Shown here one piece after another: positions 28,146 through 37,328 of a stretch of 64,000 bases of DNA. This stretch comes from an uncultured bacterium (GTDB taxonomy: Bacteria; Margulisbacteria; WOR-1; CAVSGV01): NCBI GenBank assembly GCA_963727815.1, contig CAVSGV010000006.1, forward strand, positions 583,471 to 647,470, in the 5' to 3' direction. Below the pieces are notes generated by a model, which saw only the letters and a list, made by a program, of their open reading frames with translations, was not told where the DNA came from and ran no database searches. Each line of letters opens with the position of its first letter. Within the stretch, counting starts at the first letter, position 1. A program made the position numbers and the translations under genes.

Positions 28146-30112
28146 GCCTTATTGAACTTAAGGATGTCCACAAGACCTATTTCATAGGCGGCACGATCCC
28201 GGTCTACGCCCTCCAGGGAGTATCTTTGTCCATCGAACCGGGGGAATTTGTCGCGATAATGGGTCCATCCGGTTCAGGAAAATCCACAATGCTCGCGGTG
28301 CTCGGTCTGCTTGATAAAGCGGATAAAGGCGAATACTGGCTTTTGAACAAGAACATCTCCTCAATGCAGGAGAGCGATTACGCGAGGCTGCGCAACAGGT
28401 TCTTCGGATTCGTTTTCCAGACATTCAATCTTCTTACAAAGCTCACCGTTACCGAGAATGCCATGCTTCCTTTCCTGTATGCCCCGGGTGTCACGAAAGA
28501 AAAAAGGGAGAAGGTCGTTGAGACGCTCAAGAAGATCGGGCTCGGCGACCGGCTGAAACACAAATCCAACGAACTTTCCGGCGGACAGCAGCAGAGGGTT
28601 GCGCTTGGCCGCGCTCTTGCCAACGATCCGATAGTGATACTTGGCCGACGAACCTACAGGGAATCTCGATTCCAAGTCTTCATACGAGATAATGGCGATA
28701 TTCAAGAAGCTCAATGCGGCAGGAAATACCATAATAATGGTGACGCATGAGCCTGACATCGCCGCGTTCGCTTCCCGCGTCCTTGTTCTGCAGGACGGGA
28801 AAATAGTCTCCGACAAAAAACAGGGCGAGTTCACAAAGCGCGAGGTCCCCGAAATGCCGCAGGAAAAGGGCGGCCGCAACATCTTTTCCATCTTCGTTGA
28901 CCTGAGGAACTACACGATCGAAGCGCTCAATTCGATCGCCAACAATAAACTTCGTTCGCATTCTTTCCATACTCGGCGTCATGATAGGCGTGGCGGCGGT
29001 CATAACTATGCTGGCCCTTGGCACGGGCGCCAGGATGAGCATGGAGAAGACAATGTCGTCGCTTGGGACAAATCTTCTGACCATCCGCATGCAGAGGAGC
29101 CAGGGCGGAATATCTTTAGGCATGGATACGTCCACCCGGTTCGATTTTAACGACCTGGCGGCGCTGCAGAAGATCGACACTCTCCAATATGTGGTTCCAT
29201 ACGTGCAGGGACGGGGCCAGGCAATATAGCGGGGACAAGAACTGGAGCACCACGGTACTCGGTACTTCGGTGGATTTTCCCAAGGCCCGCGCCATGACCA
29301 TACAGTCTGGGCAGGTACTTCACGGCCGCGAGAAGCGAACAGCCGCGCAAAAGTTGCGGTACTCGGTCCGACGGTTGTTGACCAGCTGTACGGCGGAACG
29401 AACCCTGTCGGCCAGATGATAAAGATCAACAGGGTGGATTTCAATGTTATCGGAGTGTTCGAGCCGGTGGGAGGAGCGGGTTTCCAAAATCCGGACGACA
29501 GGATCGTGATACCGATAAAGACTGCGATGTACCGTCTGCTGGGAACGGATTACATATCCAATTTTGACGTGACGGTCAAGAACAAGGATGATATTCAGGA
29601 CGCTCAGGATTCGATAACGAACGAGATAATGCGCAGTTCACAGGATGACAGGAATCTCAAAGGCAGAACATAAGCATATTCAATATGGCGGACATTCAGG
29701 CGGCTACCAATTCGGTCATTACAACATTATCTCTGCTGTTGGGAGCAGTTGCCGCGGTCAGCCTGCTTGTGGGCGGCATCGGCATAATGAACATAATGCT
29801 CGTCATGGTCATGGAGAGGACTCACGAGATCGGCCTCCGGAAATCGCTCGGCGCGCAGAGAAGCGACATCCTCATCCAATTCCTGACCGAGGCGGTCGCG
29901 ATCTGTTTTCTTGGCGGGATCATGGGGATACTTTTCGGTTGTCTCATTTCGATAGGCTTCTTTCGACGCTGGCCAACTGGACGATATATATTTCGTCTGG
30001 GTCTGTTATCCTTTCGTTCACTTTCTCGGTGCTTACCGGCATCATCTTCGGCCTGTGGCCGGCGATGAGAGCGTCGAAAATGCTGCCAATTGAAGCGCTG
30101 AGATACGAATAG
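28142..30112 (+). pseudogene. macB: MacB-type fused ABC ATPase-FtsX permease broken by at least 7 frameshifts
   Basis: Walker A (GPSGSGKST), Q-loop, signature (LSGGQQQRV) and LANDPIVIL are in frame 1. [10 protein letters not shown]...MVTHEP is in frame 2. The permease then continues through at least 5 more frame changes (…[14 protein letters not shown]…, SGDKNWSTTVLGTS…, GRYFTAA…, AKVAVLGPTVVDQLYGG…MIKINRVDFNVIGVF…, …[40 protein letters not shown]…, …[44 protein letters not shown]). Confidence 0.8.
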
Positions 30113-30190
30113 AGATCCCCGCGACTAAAACCCGATTCATCCAAAAATGACAGGTCTCAGCTGATATGCGATATAGACCGGCACGGCAGA

Positions 30191-30218
30191 TTGAATCTTT
30201 TCTGTCCGGATGTATAAT
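30191..30218 (+). promoter_or_regulatory. Sigma-70-type promoter for the ABC-2 permease pair
   Basis: TTGAAT (30191-30196), a 16-nt spacer, then TGtATAAT (-10 at 30213-30218), 27 nt upstream of the ATG at 30245. Confidence 0.45.
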
Positions 30219-30244
30219 TCAAGCCCATACAAAAGCTGAAATAA

Positions 30245-31363
30245 ATGATCAAGCATATTACGGCGATCATGAAAAACGAGTTCATCCATTTGATAAGGGA
30301 CCCCAGAAGTCTTGTCATAGCCGTATTCCTGCCTATCATACTCCTGTTCGTTTTTGGTTATGCCGTTTCATTCGATATCAAGAACCTTCAACTTGCGATA
30401 TTCGACGATTCCAAGACCCTGCAAAGCAGGCAGCTGATAGACAAGTTCATGTACAGCGGTTATTTCGTGCGGGAAGCGGACCTTACCAGCGAGAAACAGT
30501 TCGGCGATGAGCTGGACAGCGGCCGCGCAAAAGTTATATTAAGCATACCGTATGATTTCGCGAAAAAAATATTGAGCAACAGGACCGCGGTCATACAGGT
30601 GATAGTGGACGGGTCGGACCCCACCAACGCTTCTTCCGCTCTCAGCTACATCAACGGCATAGCGCAGCAGTACTTCAGCGGACTGCTGGTGAAAAGAACG
30701 ATGTTGGGCAGCGCCACTCCTGTGAAACTTGCCAGCAGGATATGGTATAACGAGGACCTGCGGAGCCTTAATTTTTTCATTCCGGGACTTATAAGCACCA
30801 TACTGATGATATTGGCCGCCGCTTTAACATCGCTCACGATAGTTTCTGAAAAAGAGCAGGGAACGATGGAAGCCCTTGTTGTTAGTCCTATACGTAAGAA
30901 CGAGCTTATGATAGGCAAGATACTTCCGTATATCATCATAGCGTTCTGGGACGTCGTTTTTGTCACCGCCATGGGAAGGTTCTGGTTCCTGGTGCCGATG
31001 AGAGGAAGCATATTCCTTATGCTCCTGTGTTCATGCGTTTTCCTTACAAGCGCTCTCGGGATAGGGTTATTGTTCTCGACCATAGCCAGAACAAGCCAGG
31101 AAGCCGTGCTGATGGCCCTTCTTACGACGCTGCTGCCATCTATACTGCTTTCCGGCATGGTATTTCCAATTGAGAATATGCCCGTGGTCATACAGTGGAT
31201 CACGTTCATCGTCCCCGCCAGATATTTCATACGCATACTGCGCGCGATATTCCTTAAAGGGGTGGGCCTTTCGCACATCTGGCTCGACGTGCTCCTTCTC
31301 ACCGTATTGACCGGCTTGCTGCTTTCGCTTTGCATAAGAGCGTTCAAGAAAAGGATAGACTGA
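30245..31363 (+). CDS. ABC-2 type transporter permease (YbhS/YbhR-like)
   Basis: 372 aa. One N-terminal TM, a large extracytoplasmic loop, then 5 C-terminal TMs, with EKEQGTMEALVVSP typical of the ABC-2 family. Confidence 0.8.
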   Translation: MIKHITAIMKNEFIHLIRDPRSLVIAVFLPIILLFVFGYAVSFDIKNLQLAIFDDSKTLQSRQLIDKFMYSGYFVREADLTSEKQFGDELDSGRAKVILSIPYDFAKKILSNRTAVIQVIVDGSDPTNASSALSYINGIAQQYFSGLLVKRTMLGSATPVKLASRIWYNEDLRSLNFFIPGLISTILMILAAALTSLTIVSEKEQGTMEALVVSPIRKNELMIGKILPYIIIAFWDVVFVTAMGRFWFLVPMRGSIFLMLLCSCVFLTSALGIGLLFSTIARTSQEAVLMALLTTLLPSILLSGMVFPIENMPVVIQWITFIVPARYFIRILRAIFLKGVGLSHIWLDVLLLTVLTGLLLSLCIRAFKKRID

Positions 31364-32490
31364 TGGACAGCCGTATTTATCATTTTATTATCAAGGAATT
31401 CAGGCAGTTGCTAAGGGATCCCAGGATGCTGATCATCGCGCTGATAATGCCACTGGTCCAGCTGTTCCTGTTCGGATACATCGCCTCCACAGATATCAGG
31501 AATATTCCTACCGCCGTGATGGATGACGACAGGACCTCCATCAGCAGGGATTATCTGCGAAGCGTTAAGGATTCCGGATATTTTGACCTGAAATACTATG
31601 TGCAAAGCGATGACCGATATACCGATCTTCTTGACGACGGGAAAGTTTCCATCGTTATCCACATCCCCAAAGACTTCAAAAAAGACATCCTGGCGGGAAA
31701 GGACGTGACCGTTCAGTCGATAATAGACGGCAGCAATTCATCGAACGCGACGATAATACTCGGCTATATGGACCAGATCAATTTCAATTATTCGAACGGT
31801 GTCCTGGAGAAAAGATCGAACAAGGCCGGCATAAGGAACGTCGTAAGCCCTTTCGATATGGCGACAAGGGTCTGGTACAACCCGGAGCTGAAAAGCGTTT
31901 ATTTCATGGTGCCCGCCGTCTTCGCGCTGATACTTTTCGTTATATGCTTCATCCTCACGATGTTCTCCATTGTTAAAGAGAGGGAAAAGGGGACCATCGA
32001 ACAACTTCTGGTCACCCCTCTCAGGCCGTACGAACTTTTGATCGGGAAGCTGATTCCCCCGATGCTGGTATCGTTCACAGATATCATTTTCGTGTTCCTT
32101 GTCGTTGTTTTCTGGTTCCGGATACCCGTGCGCGGAAGCATACCGCTGTTCTTTTTGCTGTCGATATTGTTCTCCGGCGCGGGATTGGGGATAGGATTAT
32201 GGATATCAACTATATCCAGGAACCAGCGGCAGGCGATAATGACCGTAGTGCTTGTTCAGATCCCATCTATTATATTATCGGGCTTCATTTTTCCCATCGC
32301 CAGCATGCCGGTCGTGATCCAATGGTTCACGTATCTGATCCCGCTCCGTTATTTCCTTATAATAGTGAGGGCGATATTCCTTAAAGGCACCGGGATGAAA
32401 TATCTTTGGGCCGAAGTCTGGCCCATGATGGTGTTCGTTATCGTGGTCCTTGGCCTTAGCGTTGTCATGTTCAGGAATAAGATCGAATAG
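31363..32490 (+). CDS. ABC-2 type transporter permease (paralogue of the previous gene)
   Basis: Same architecture (EREKGTIEQLLVTP). ATG 31363 overlaps the preceding stop (TGATG); the track ORF start 31330 is upstream read-through. Confidence 0.8.
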   Translation: MDSRIYHFIIKEFRQLLRDPRMLIIALIMPLVQLFLFGYIASTDIRNIPTAVMDDDRTSISRDYLRSVKDSGYFDLKYYVQSDDRYTDLLDDGKVSIVIHIPKDFKKDILAGKDVTVQSIIDGSNSSNATIILGYMDQINFNYSNGVLEKRSNKAGIRNVVSPFDMATRVWYNPELKSVYFMVPAVFALILFVICFILTMFSIVKEREKGTIEQLLVTPLRPYELLIGKLIPPMLVSFTDIIFVFLVVVFWFRIPVRGSIPLFFLLSILFSGAGLGIGLWISTISRNQRQAIMTVVLVQIPSIILSGFIFPIASMPVVIQWFTYLIPLRYFLIIVRAIFLKGTGMKYLWAEVWPMMVFVIVVLGLSVVMFRNKIE

Positions 32491-32567
32491 GGAGGGAAAT
32501 CGTCCAGGCGAGCTGGCATTTAATTAGCCCCACGAACTATTTGCATTCCTAATCATCTTGTGATATA

Positions 32568-33041
32568 TTGTTCGGCGTGATCGGCGATAACATACAGAAA
32601 TATATACACGAAATATCTCAATTCACTCCCGTCCTGGACAAAGGGCTTGTATCCATGGAAACCCACGGTACGGGATGCGGGATGATAACCCCTTCACAGT
32701 TCGCGATGCTTACATATATAATGAACTCGCCGGACTGCAAGATGTCGGACCTGGGCAAGGCTTTCGACGTGAAACTCAGCAGTATCACCGGCATGATAGA
32801 CCGCCTCGAGAACGAAGGATTCCTCAAAAGAACGAGGGATGCGGCTGACAGGCGGGTGGTCCACGTGAACGTCACTGCAAAAGGGGACAGAGCGGTGAAG
32901 GACATGAAACAAAAGCAGAAAAAGCACATGAGCTTCATACTGGAGCTTCTTACCGACAACGAAAGGCAATGCATGGTGAACATCATCAGGAAAATATCCG
33001 ATGCCATAAAAAAAGATAAGGAAGAGAGAGGTATAAAATGA
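32568..33041 (+). CDS. MarR-family transcriptional regulator
   Basis: Winged-helix core (SQFAMLTYI...MSDLGKAFDVKLSSITGMIDRLENEGFLKRTRDAADRRVVHVNVTAKG). The start could be the internal Met (METHG..., ~32655). The stop overlaps the next gene. Confidence 0.8.
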   Translation: MFGVIGDNIQKYIHEISQFTPVLDKGLVSMETHGTGCGMITPSQFAMLTYIMNSPDCKMSDLGKAFDVKLSSITGMIDRLENEGFLKRTRDAADRRVVHVNVTAKGDRAVKDMKQKQKKHMSFILELLTDNERQCMVNIIRKISDAIKKDKEERGIK

Positions 33042-33937
33042 AATTGAAAAATATATTGTGGGGAATATTCATCGTTGTCCTGCTGATATCGATATTCCGC
33101 ATAGCGCACGCCCTGACCGGAAAAAAAACGCAGGCAGAGCGCGTATACCCGGTTGTTACCGCAAATCCCCGGATAGGCCTGATGCAGCAGAACTTGATAC
33201 TCGTTGGCGACATAAAAGGCGAAACAGAGGTCATGGTGAGGCCTAAAACGATAGGCCGCGTTGAGGAGATCTACGTTAAAGAGGGCGACGAGGTGCGGGC
33301 CGGAAAGAAGCTGATGTCGTTCGTTGCGGGGATCACACCGAAGAACGAAATGTACGAGGACCTCGTTACGTTCGCTCCCATTTCCGGCGTCGTCGGCATG
33401 CAGAACGTAAAGCTGGGTGAGCAGGTGGACATGCAGAACGGAAGTCCCGCTCCGGTATTCACGATATACAAGATCAATAACGTGAAGGTGTATGTGAACG
33501 TCCCCGAAAAATATTTTTCCCTTGTTTCCAGAAATACGCCGGTCCAGCTTACTCTTGACGCATATCCGGGCAGGATATTCCACGGCAAAATAAACAACAT
33601 CCGGCCGGTCATCGATCCCGCCACCCGCACCACTCAGGTGGAGATACTTATCGCAAATAAGTCGCATGAGCTGAAGCCCGGCATGTTCTCAAAAGTGGAC
33701 CTTGTGCTTAAGCAAAAAAATAACGCGATGATAATCCCGTTCGACGCGGTGCTTGGACTTGAGGACCAGTATGTGTATGTGCTCGATGGAAACAAAGCCA
33801 AAGCGAAACATATCACCACAGGCATACAGCAGGATGATAATGTCGAGGTAACATCCGGCCTCACTGCTTCCGATGAGGTAATAGTCGTTGGGCAGAGGCT
33901 TCTGGAAGAAGGGACGAAGGTACTTCCGACCAAATGA
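33038..33937 (+). CDS. RND efflux periplasmic adaptor subunit
   Basis: 299 aa with an N-terminal TM, a lipoyl motif (GRVEEIYVKEGDEVRAGKKL ... APISGVV) and beta-barrel/MP domains. Confidence 0.85.
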   Translation: MKLKNILWGIFIVVLLISIFRIAHALTGKKTQAERVYPVVTANPRIGLMQQNLILVGDIKGETEVMVRPKTIGRVEEIYVKEGDEVRAGKKLMSFVAGITPKNEMYEDLVTFAPISGVVGMQNVKLGEQVDMQNGSPAPVFTIYKINNVKVYVNVPEKYFSLVSRNTPVQLTLDAYPGRIFHGKINNIRPVIDPATRTTQVEILIANKSHELKPGMFSKVDLVLKQKNNAMIIPFDAVLGLEDQYVYVLDGNKAKAKHITTGIQQDDNVEVTSGLTASDEVIVVGQRLLEEGTKVLPTK

Positions 33938-36900
33938 TAAAATTCTTCGTTAACCGCCGTCTTTTCACGGTATCAATATTCACGATACTTCTGCTGTTCG
34001 GACTGTTCAGCCTGGTCAACCTGCCGCTGGATTTCCTGCCTAAAATGGATATCCCGACGCTCACCATCATGACCCCGTATCCGGGGGCCAGCGCGGAAGA
34101 TATTGAGACCACCGTTTCAAAGGTCATAGAGGACGCTGTTGCGACCGTGCCGAACATCGACAAGATATCATCGGATTCCGTCGAGAACTATTCCACGGTC
34201 ACGATCAATTTCAAATGGGGGACGGATCTTTCCGCGGCATCCGCTGATGTAAGGGACAAGATGGATGCGATAAAAGCCGCCCTTCCGAGCGACATACAAC
34301 CATCAACTATATACAAATTCGATACGTCGCAGATACCAATACTTGTCATAGGAATAACGGCCGACCAGTCCTATAAGGACCTGTACCAGCTGGTGGACAA
34401 GCAGATAGCGCAGGACCTTAAAAAGATCCAGGGCGTCGGCATGGTCAGCTATTCCGGAGGTTTGGAGCGCCAGATCAACGTGGACATAGACAGGAACAGG
34501 CTGGAAGCTTATCAGCTCTCGCTGAACCAGGTGAACGCGGCCATTGCCAGAGCAAATATGGATGTGCCAGCGGGCAGCATCAACACTGGTAAGCTTGAAT
34601 TCGGCATAAGGATACCGGGCGAATACAGCGGGATGGATGAAATATCGGACACCATGGTTGGCAGCTACCAGGGAAGAAATATCTACATCTCCGATATCGC
34701 CAAAGTCTCGGACTCTTTCAAGGAAACGACCAACATGACCGAAGTGAACGGCAGGGCCGGGATGAAGATATCCATCCAGAAGGAATCCGGGGCGAATTCG
34801 GTCAAAGTGGCGAACGACGTTAAAGCTGAAATGAAAAATTTGCAGACGACCCTTCCCCAGGACGTGCAGTTAATGGTCGTCATGGATACCGGACAATCGA
34901 TCTCAAACCAGATAAGCGAGCTGACCAGGACGCTGGGATGGTCTTTCCTTTTCGTCGTTCTAACGGTGCTTTTCTTCCTGCGGAACATCCGCGGGTCGCT
35001 CATCGTTTCACTTGCCATACCTTTCTCGCTTATCGCGGCGTTCATTTATCTGTTCGCTTCCGGCAATTCCATCAACATCATATCCCTTGCGTCGCTCATC
35101 ATAGCCATCGGAATCGTGGTGGACGATGCCATCGTAATACTCGAAAATATCTACCGCCACAGGCAGGAAAAGCATGAACCGCTTAAGGAAGCGTCCATTT
35201 ACGGAGCGGGCGAAGTCTCAAGCGCGGTGCTTGCTTCCACGACCACGAATGTCGTCATATTTTTCCCGCTCCTTCTGGTGGGCGGCTTTATCGGGATATT
35301 GTTCTACCAGCTTTCCATCATAACCATCGTGGTCATAAGCATGTCGTTCGTTACGGCCATGACGCTTACCCCCATGCTCTGCTCAACGATCCTGGACGTG
35401 GCGAACAAGAATGAAAAAGCCACCGGAGCGATGAGCAGGTTCTATGAACAGAGCGAGCAGATATTCGTCACGATAGAAGAAAATTACCGCAAGCTTCTTG
35501 GATGGGCGCTGGATAACAGGAAAAAAGTGATAATAGGCTGTTCGTTATTGTTCGTTATCAGTCTTTTGCTTTTCAAGTTCGTCGGGGTTGAATTTTTCCC
35601 GAGCCAGGACGGCGGTACTTTTTCGGCCACAGTAACGATGCCGGCCGGAACAAGATGGGAAGAGACGGCTTCGGTCATGCGGCGCATAGAGGTTGAAGTT
35701 AAAAAGCAGGTCCCGGAGCTGGAATTCATAATGGTTTCCGCCGGTTCCAGCGGGACCAGCAGTTTCTTTGGGTCGCAGGACGGGCCGAATTACGGCGCGA
35801 TAAACATGAAGGTGGTCCCCGTCAACAAAAGAAAACGCGGGATACTGGAGATAGAGCGGGTCGTCGATAACATCGCCCTTGCCATTCCCGGAGTGAAGAA
35901 CGTTGATATCGCGCAGAGCGGCGCCAACGCGCTGAGCGGCTCCGACAAACCGATGACGGTGGAACTGTACGGAGCCGATTTTACGTCGCTTGAAAAAGTG
36001 GCGGATGAATTGAAGTCAAAGATAGCGCTCATCCCGGGAGTCGTGGACCTGTCCATCTCCAGGGAAAAGGCGAATCCGGAATACGCGCTGAAGATCGACC
36101 GCGCAAAAGCTTCAAGCCTGGGGCTCACGATGGCGGATATCGCAGCCGCCGTCAGAGGCGGGTTGTACGGTGGAGCGGTCTCAAAATACCGCGACAAAGG
36201 CGATGAATACGATATCTACACCAGGTTCGCCGAGAACGACCGCCGCACTATCGATGATGTTAAGAACGCGCTGGTAACTACTCCTTTCGGCCAGAATGTT
36301 TCTCTGGGCAATATCGCTGACGTGGAGCCGCGGCTGGGCCCGCAGATAATTGAAAGAAAGAACCAGCAGAGGATAGTGAAGGTCATGTCTGATACCTATG
36401 GCAGAAGTCTTGGCGATGTTATGAGCGATGTGAAAGGCGTCATATCAAGAACGAGCATCCCGTCCGATGTTACCGTAAAGATAGGCGGCAACGTCTCATC
36501 TATGAACGAATCTTTCTCAAGGCTCGGCCTTGCGCTTTTACTGGGGCTTTGCCTGTTGTATCTGGTCATGGTGGCGCAGTTCGAATCTTTCATGGACCCG
36601 TTCATCATCATGTTCGCGATACCTTTCGCGCTGGTCGGCGTAATATGGGCGCTTTTTCTGACGGGAAATCCGTTCGGCATAATGCCTTTCATCGGGCTTA
36701 TCATGGTGGCGGGCGTCGCGGTGAAAAATTCGATAGTTCTCGTCGACTTCATAAATATACTCAGGGAAAGAGGGCTGGACATCGCTTCGGCCATCAAAGA
36801 AGCGGGAAAGACAAGGCTGCGCCCCATACTCATGACATCTTCCACGGCGATACTCGGCCTGCTCCCGATAATATTCAACGTTGGAGAGAGCGGAGGCTTC

Positions 36901-37041
36901 TGGAAGAACATGGCCATTTCGGTCATCGGCGGGCTTTTTGTTTCCGCGAGCATCAGCCTGATATTCGTGCCGTGCGTTTATTACGTGTTCGAATCCAGGA
37001 TAGAAGCGAAAAAATTGAATGATAAAAAGGCGGCATCATGA
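33934..37041 (+). CDS. RND efflux permease (AcrB/HAE1-type), intact
   Basis: 1035 aa. It has the 12-TM duplicated architecture and conserved IGIVVDDAIVILENI and AGVAVKNSIVLVDF motifs. There are 4-nt overlaps with both neighbours. Confidence 0.95.
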   Translation: MIKFFVNRRLFTVSIFTILLLFGLFSLVNLPLDFLPKMDIPTLTIMTPYPGASAEDIETTVSKVIEDAVATVPNIDKISSDSVENYSTVTINFKWGTDLSAASADVRDKMDAIKAALPSDIQPSTIYKFDTSQIPILVIGITADQSYKDLYQLVDKQIAQDLKKIQGVGMVSYSGGLERQINVDIDRNRLEAYQLSLNQVNAAIARANMDVPAGSINTGKLEFGIRIPGEYSGMDEISDTMVGSYQGRNIYISDIAKVSDSFKETTNMTEVNGRAGMKISIQKESGANSVKVANDVKAEMKNLQTTLPQDVQLMVVMDTGQSISNQISELTRTLGWSFLFVVLTVLFFLRNIRGSLIVSLAIPFSLIAAFIYLFASGNSINIISLASLIIAIGIVVDDAIVILENIYRHRQEKHEPLKEASIYGAGEVSSAVLASTTTNVVIFFPLLLVGGFIGILFYQLSIITIVVISMSFVTAMTLTPMLCSTILDVANKNEKATGAMSRFYEQSEQIFVTIEENYRKLLGWALDNRKKVIIGCSLLFVISLLLFKFVGVEFFPSQDGGTFSATVTMPAGTRWEETASVMRRIEVEVKKQVPELEFIMVSAGSSGTSSFFGSQDGPNYGAINMKVVPVNKRKRGILEIERVVDNIALAIPGVKNVDIAQSGANALSGSDKPMTVELYGADFTSLEKVADELKSKIALIPGVVDLSISREKANPEYALKIDRAKASSLGLTMADIAAAVRGGLYGGAVSKYRDKGDEYDIYTRFAENDRRTIDDVKNALVTTPFGQNVSLGNIADVEPRLGPQIIERKNQQRIVKVMSDTYGRSLGDVMSDVKGVISRTSIPSDVTVKIGGNVSSMNESFSRLGLALLLGLCLLYLVMVAQFESFMDPFIIMFAIPFALVGVIWALFLTGNPFGIMPFIGLIMVAGVAVKNSIVLVDFINILRERGLDIASAIKEAGKTRLRPILMTSSTAILGLLPIIFNVGESGGFWKNMAISVIGGLFVSASISLIFVPCVYYVFESRIEAKKLNDKKAAS

Positions 37042-37328
37042 GAGCAGTTTTAATTATTTTCGCGCCTGCTTTGGAGGGAATGATAATGGAAGCTCTCGCA
37101 AAGAACGGCGGGCCGCATTACACAAAATTCCCCTTTCTTCTGGGAGAAGGCGGGCATTCGGAACCTCACCTGGATAACCATATTTGGCCGGGCACAAATG
37201 TCGGGATATTCGTGGCCGCTGAGGATGAAAATATAAGAAAGATCGTTGAGGCGATTAGAAAGATAAAGAACGAGCATTTAAAGGACGGGGTCAAGGCTTT
37301 TGTAATGCCGATAGAGGAAATAGTATGA
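37038..37328 (+). CDS. Small cytosolic transporter-associated protein (possibly PII-fold, DUF3240/PG0541-like)
   Basis: 96-aa soluble protein embedded in the RND operon with 4-nt overlaps on both sides. The family name is from memory of small PII-like proteins in RND operons and is not verified. Confidence 0.4.
   Translation: MRAVLIIFAPALEGMIMEALAKNGGPHYTKFPFLLGEGGHSEPHLDNHIWPGTNVGIFVAAEDENIRKIVEAIRKIKNEHLKDGVKAFVMPIEEIV

Noticed and set aside
29019-29035. A sigma-54 promoter (TGGCAC-N5-TTGC) that could be the target of the NifA-like activator.
   Set aside because: - TGGCAC at 29019-29024 is followed by GGGCG-CCAGG, not TTGC(A/T), and it lies inside macB coding sequence.
- I found no convincing -24/-12 element by eye elsewhere. 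A pattern scan would be needed to be sure.
28142-30112. Programmed ribosomal frameshifting or recoding as an explanation for the macB, tolC and RND frame changes.
   Set aside because: - Far too many shifts per gene, in both directions.
- There are no recurring slippery heptamers or downstream structures.
- Pseudogenisation or consensus error is the simpler explanation.
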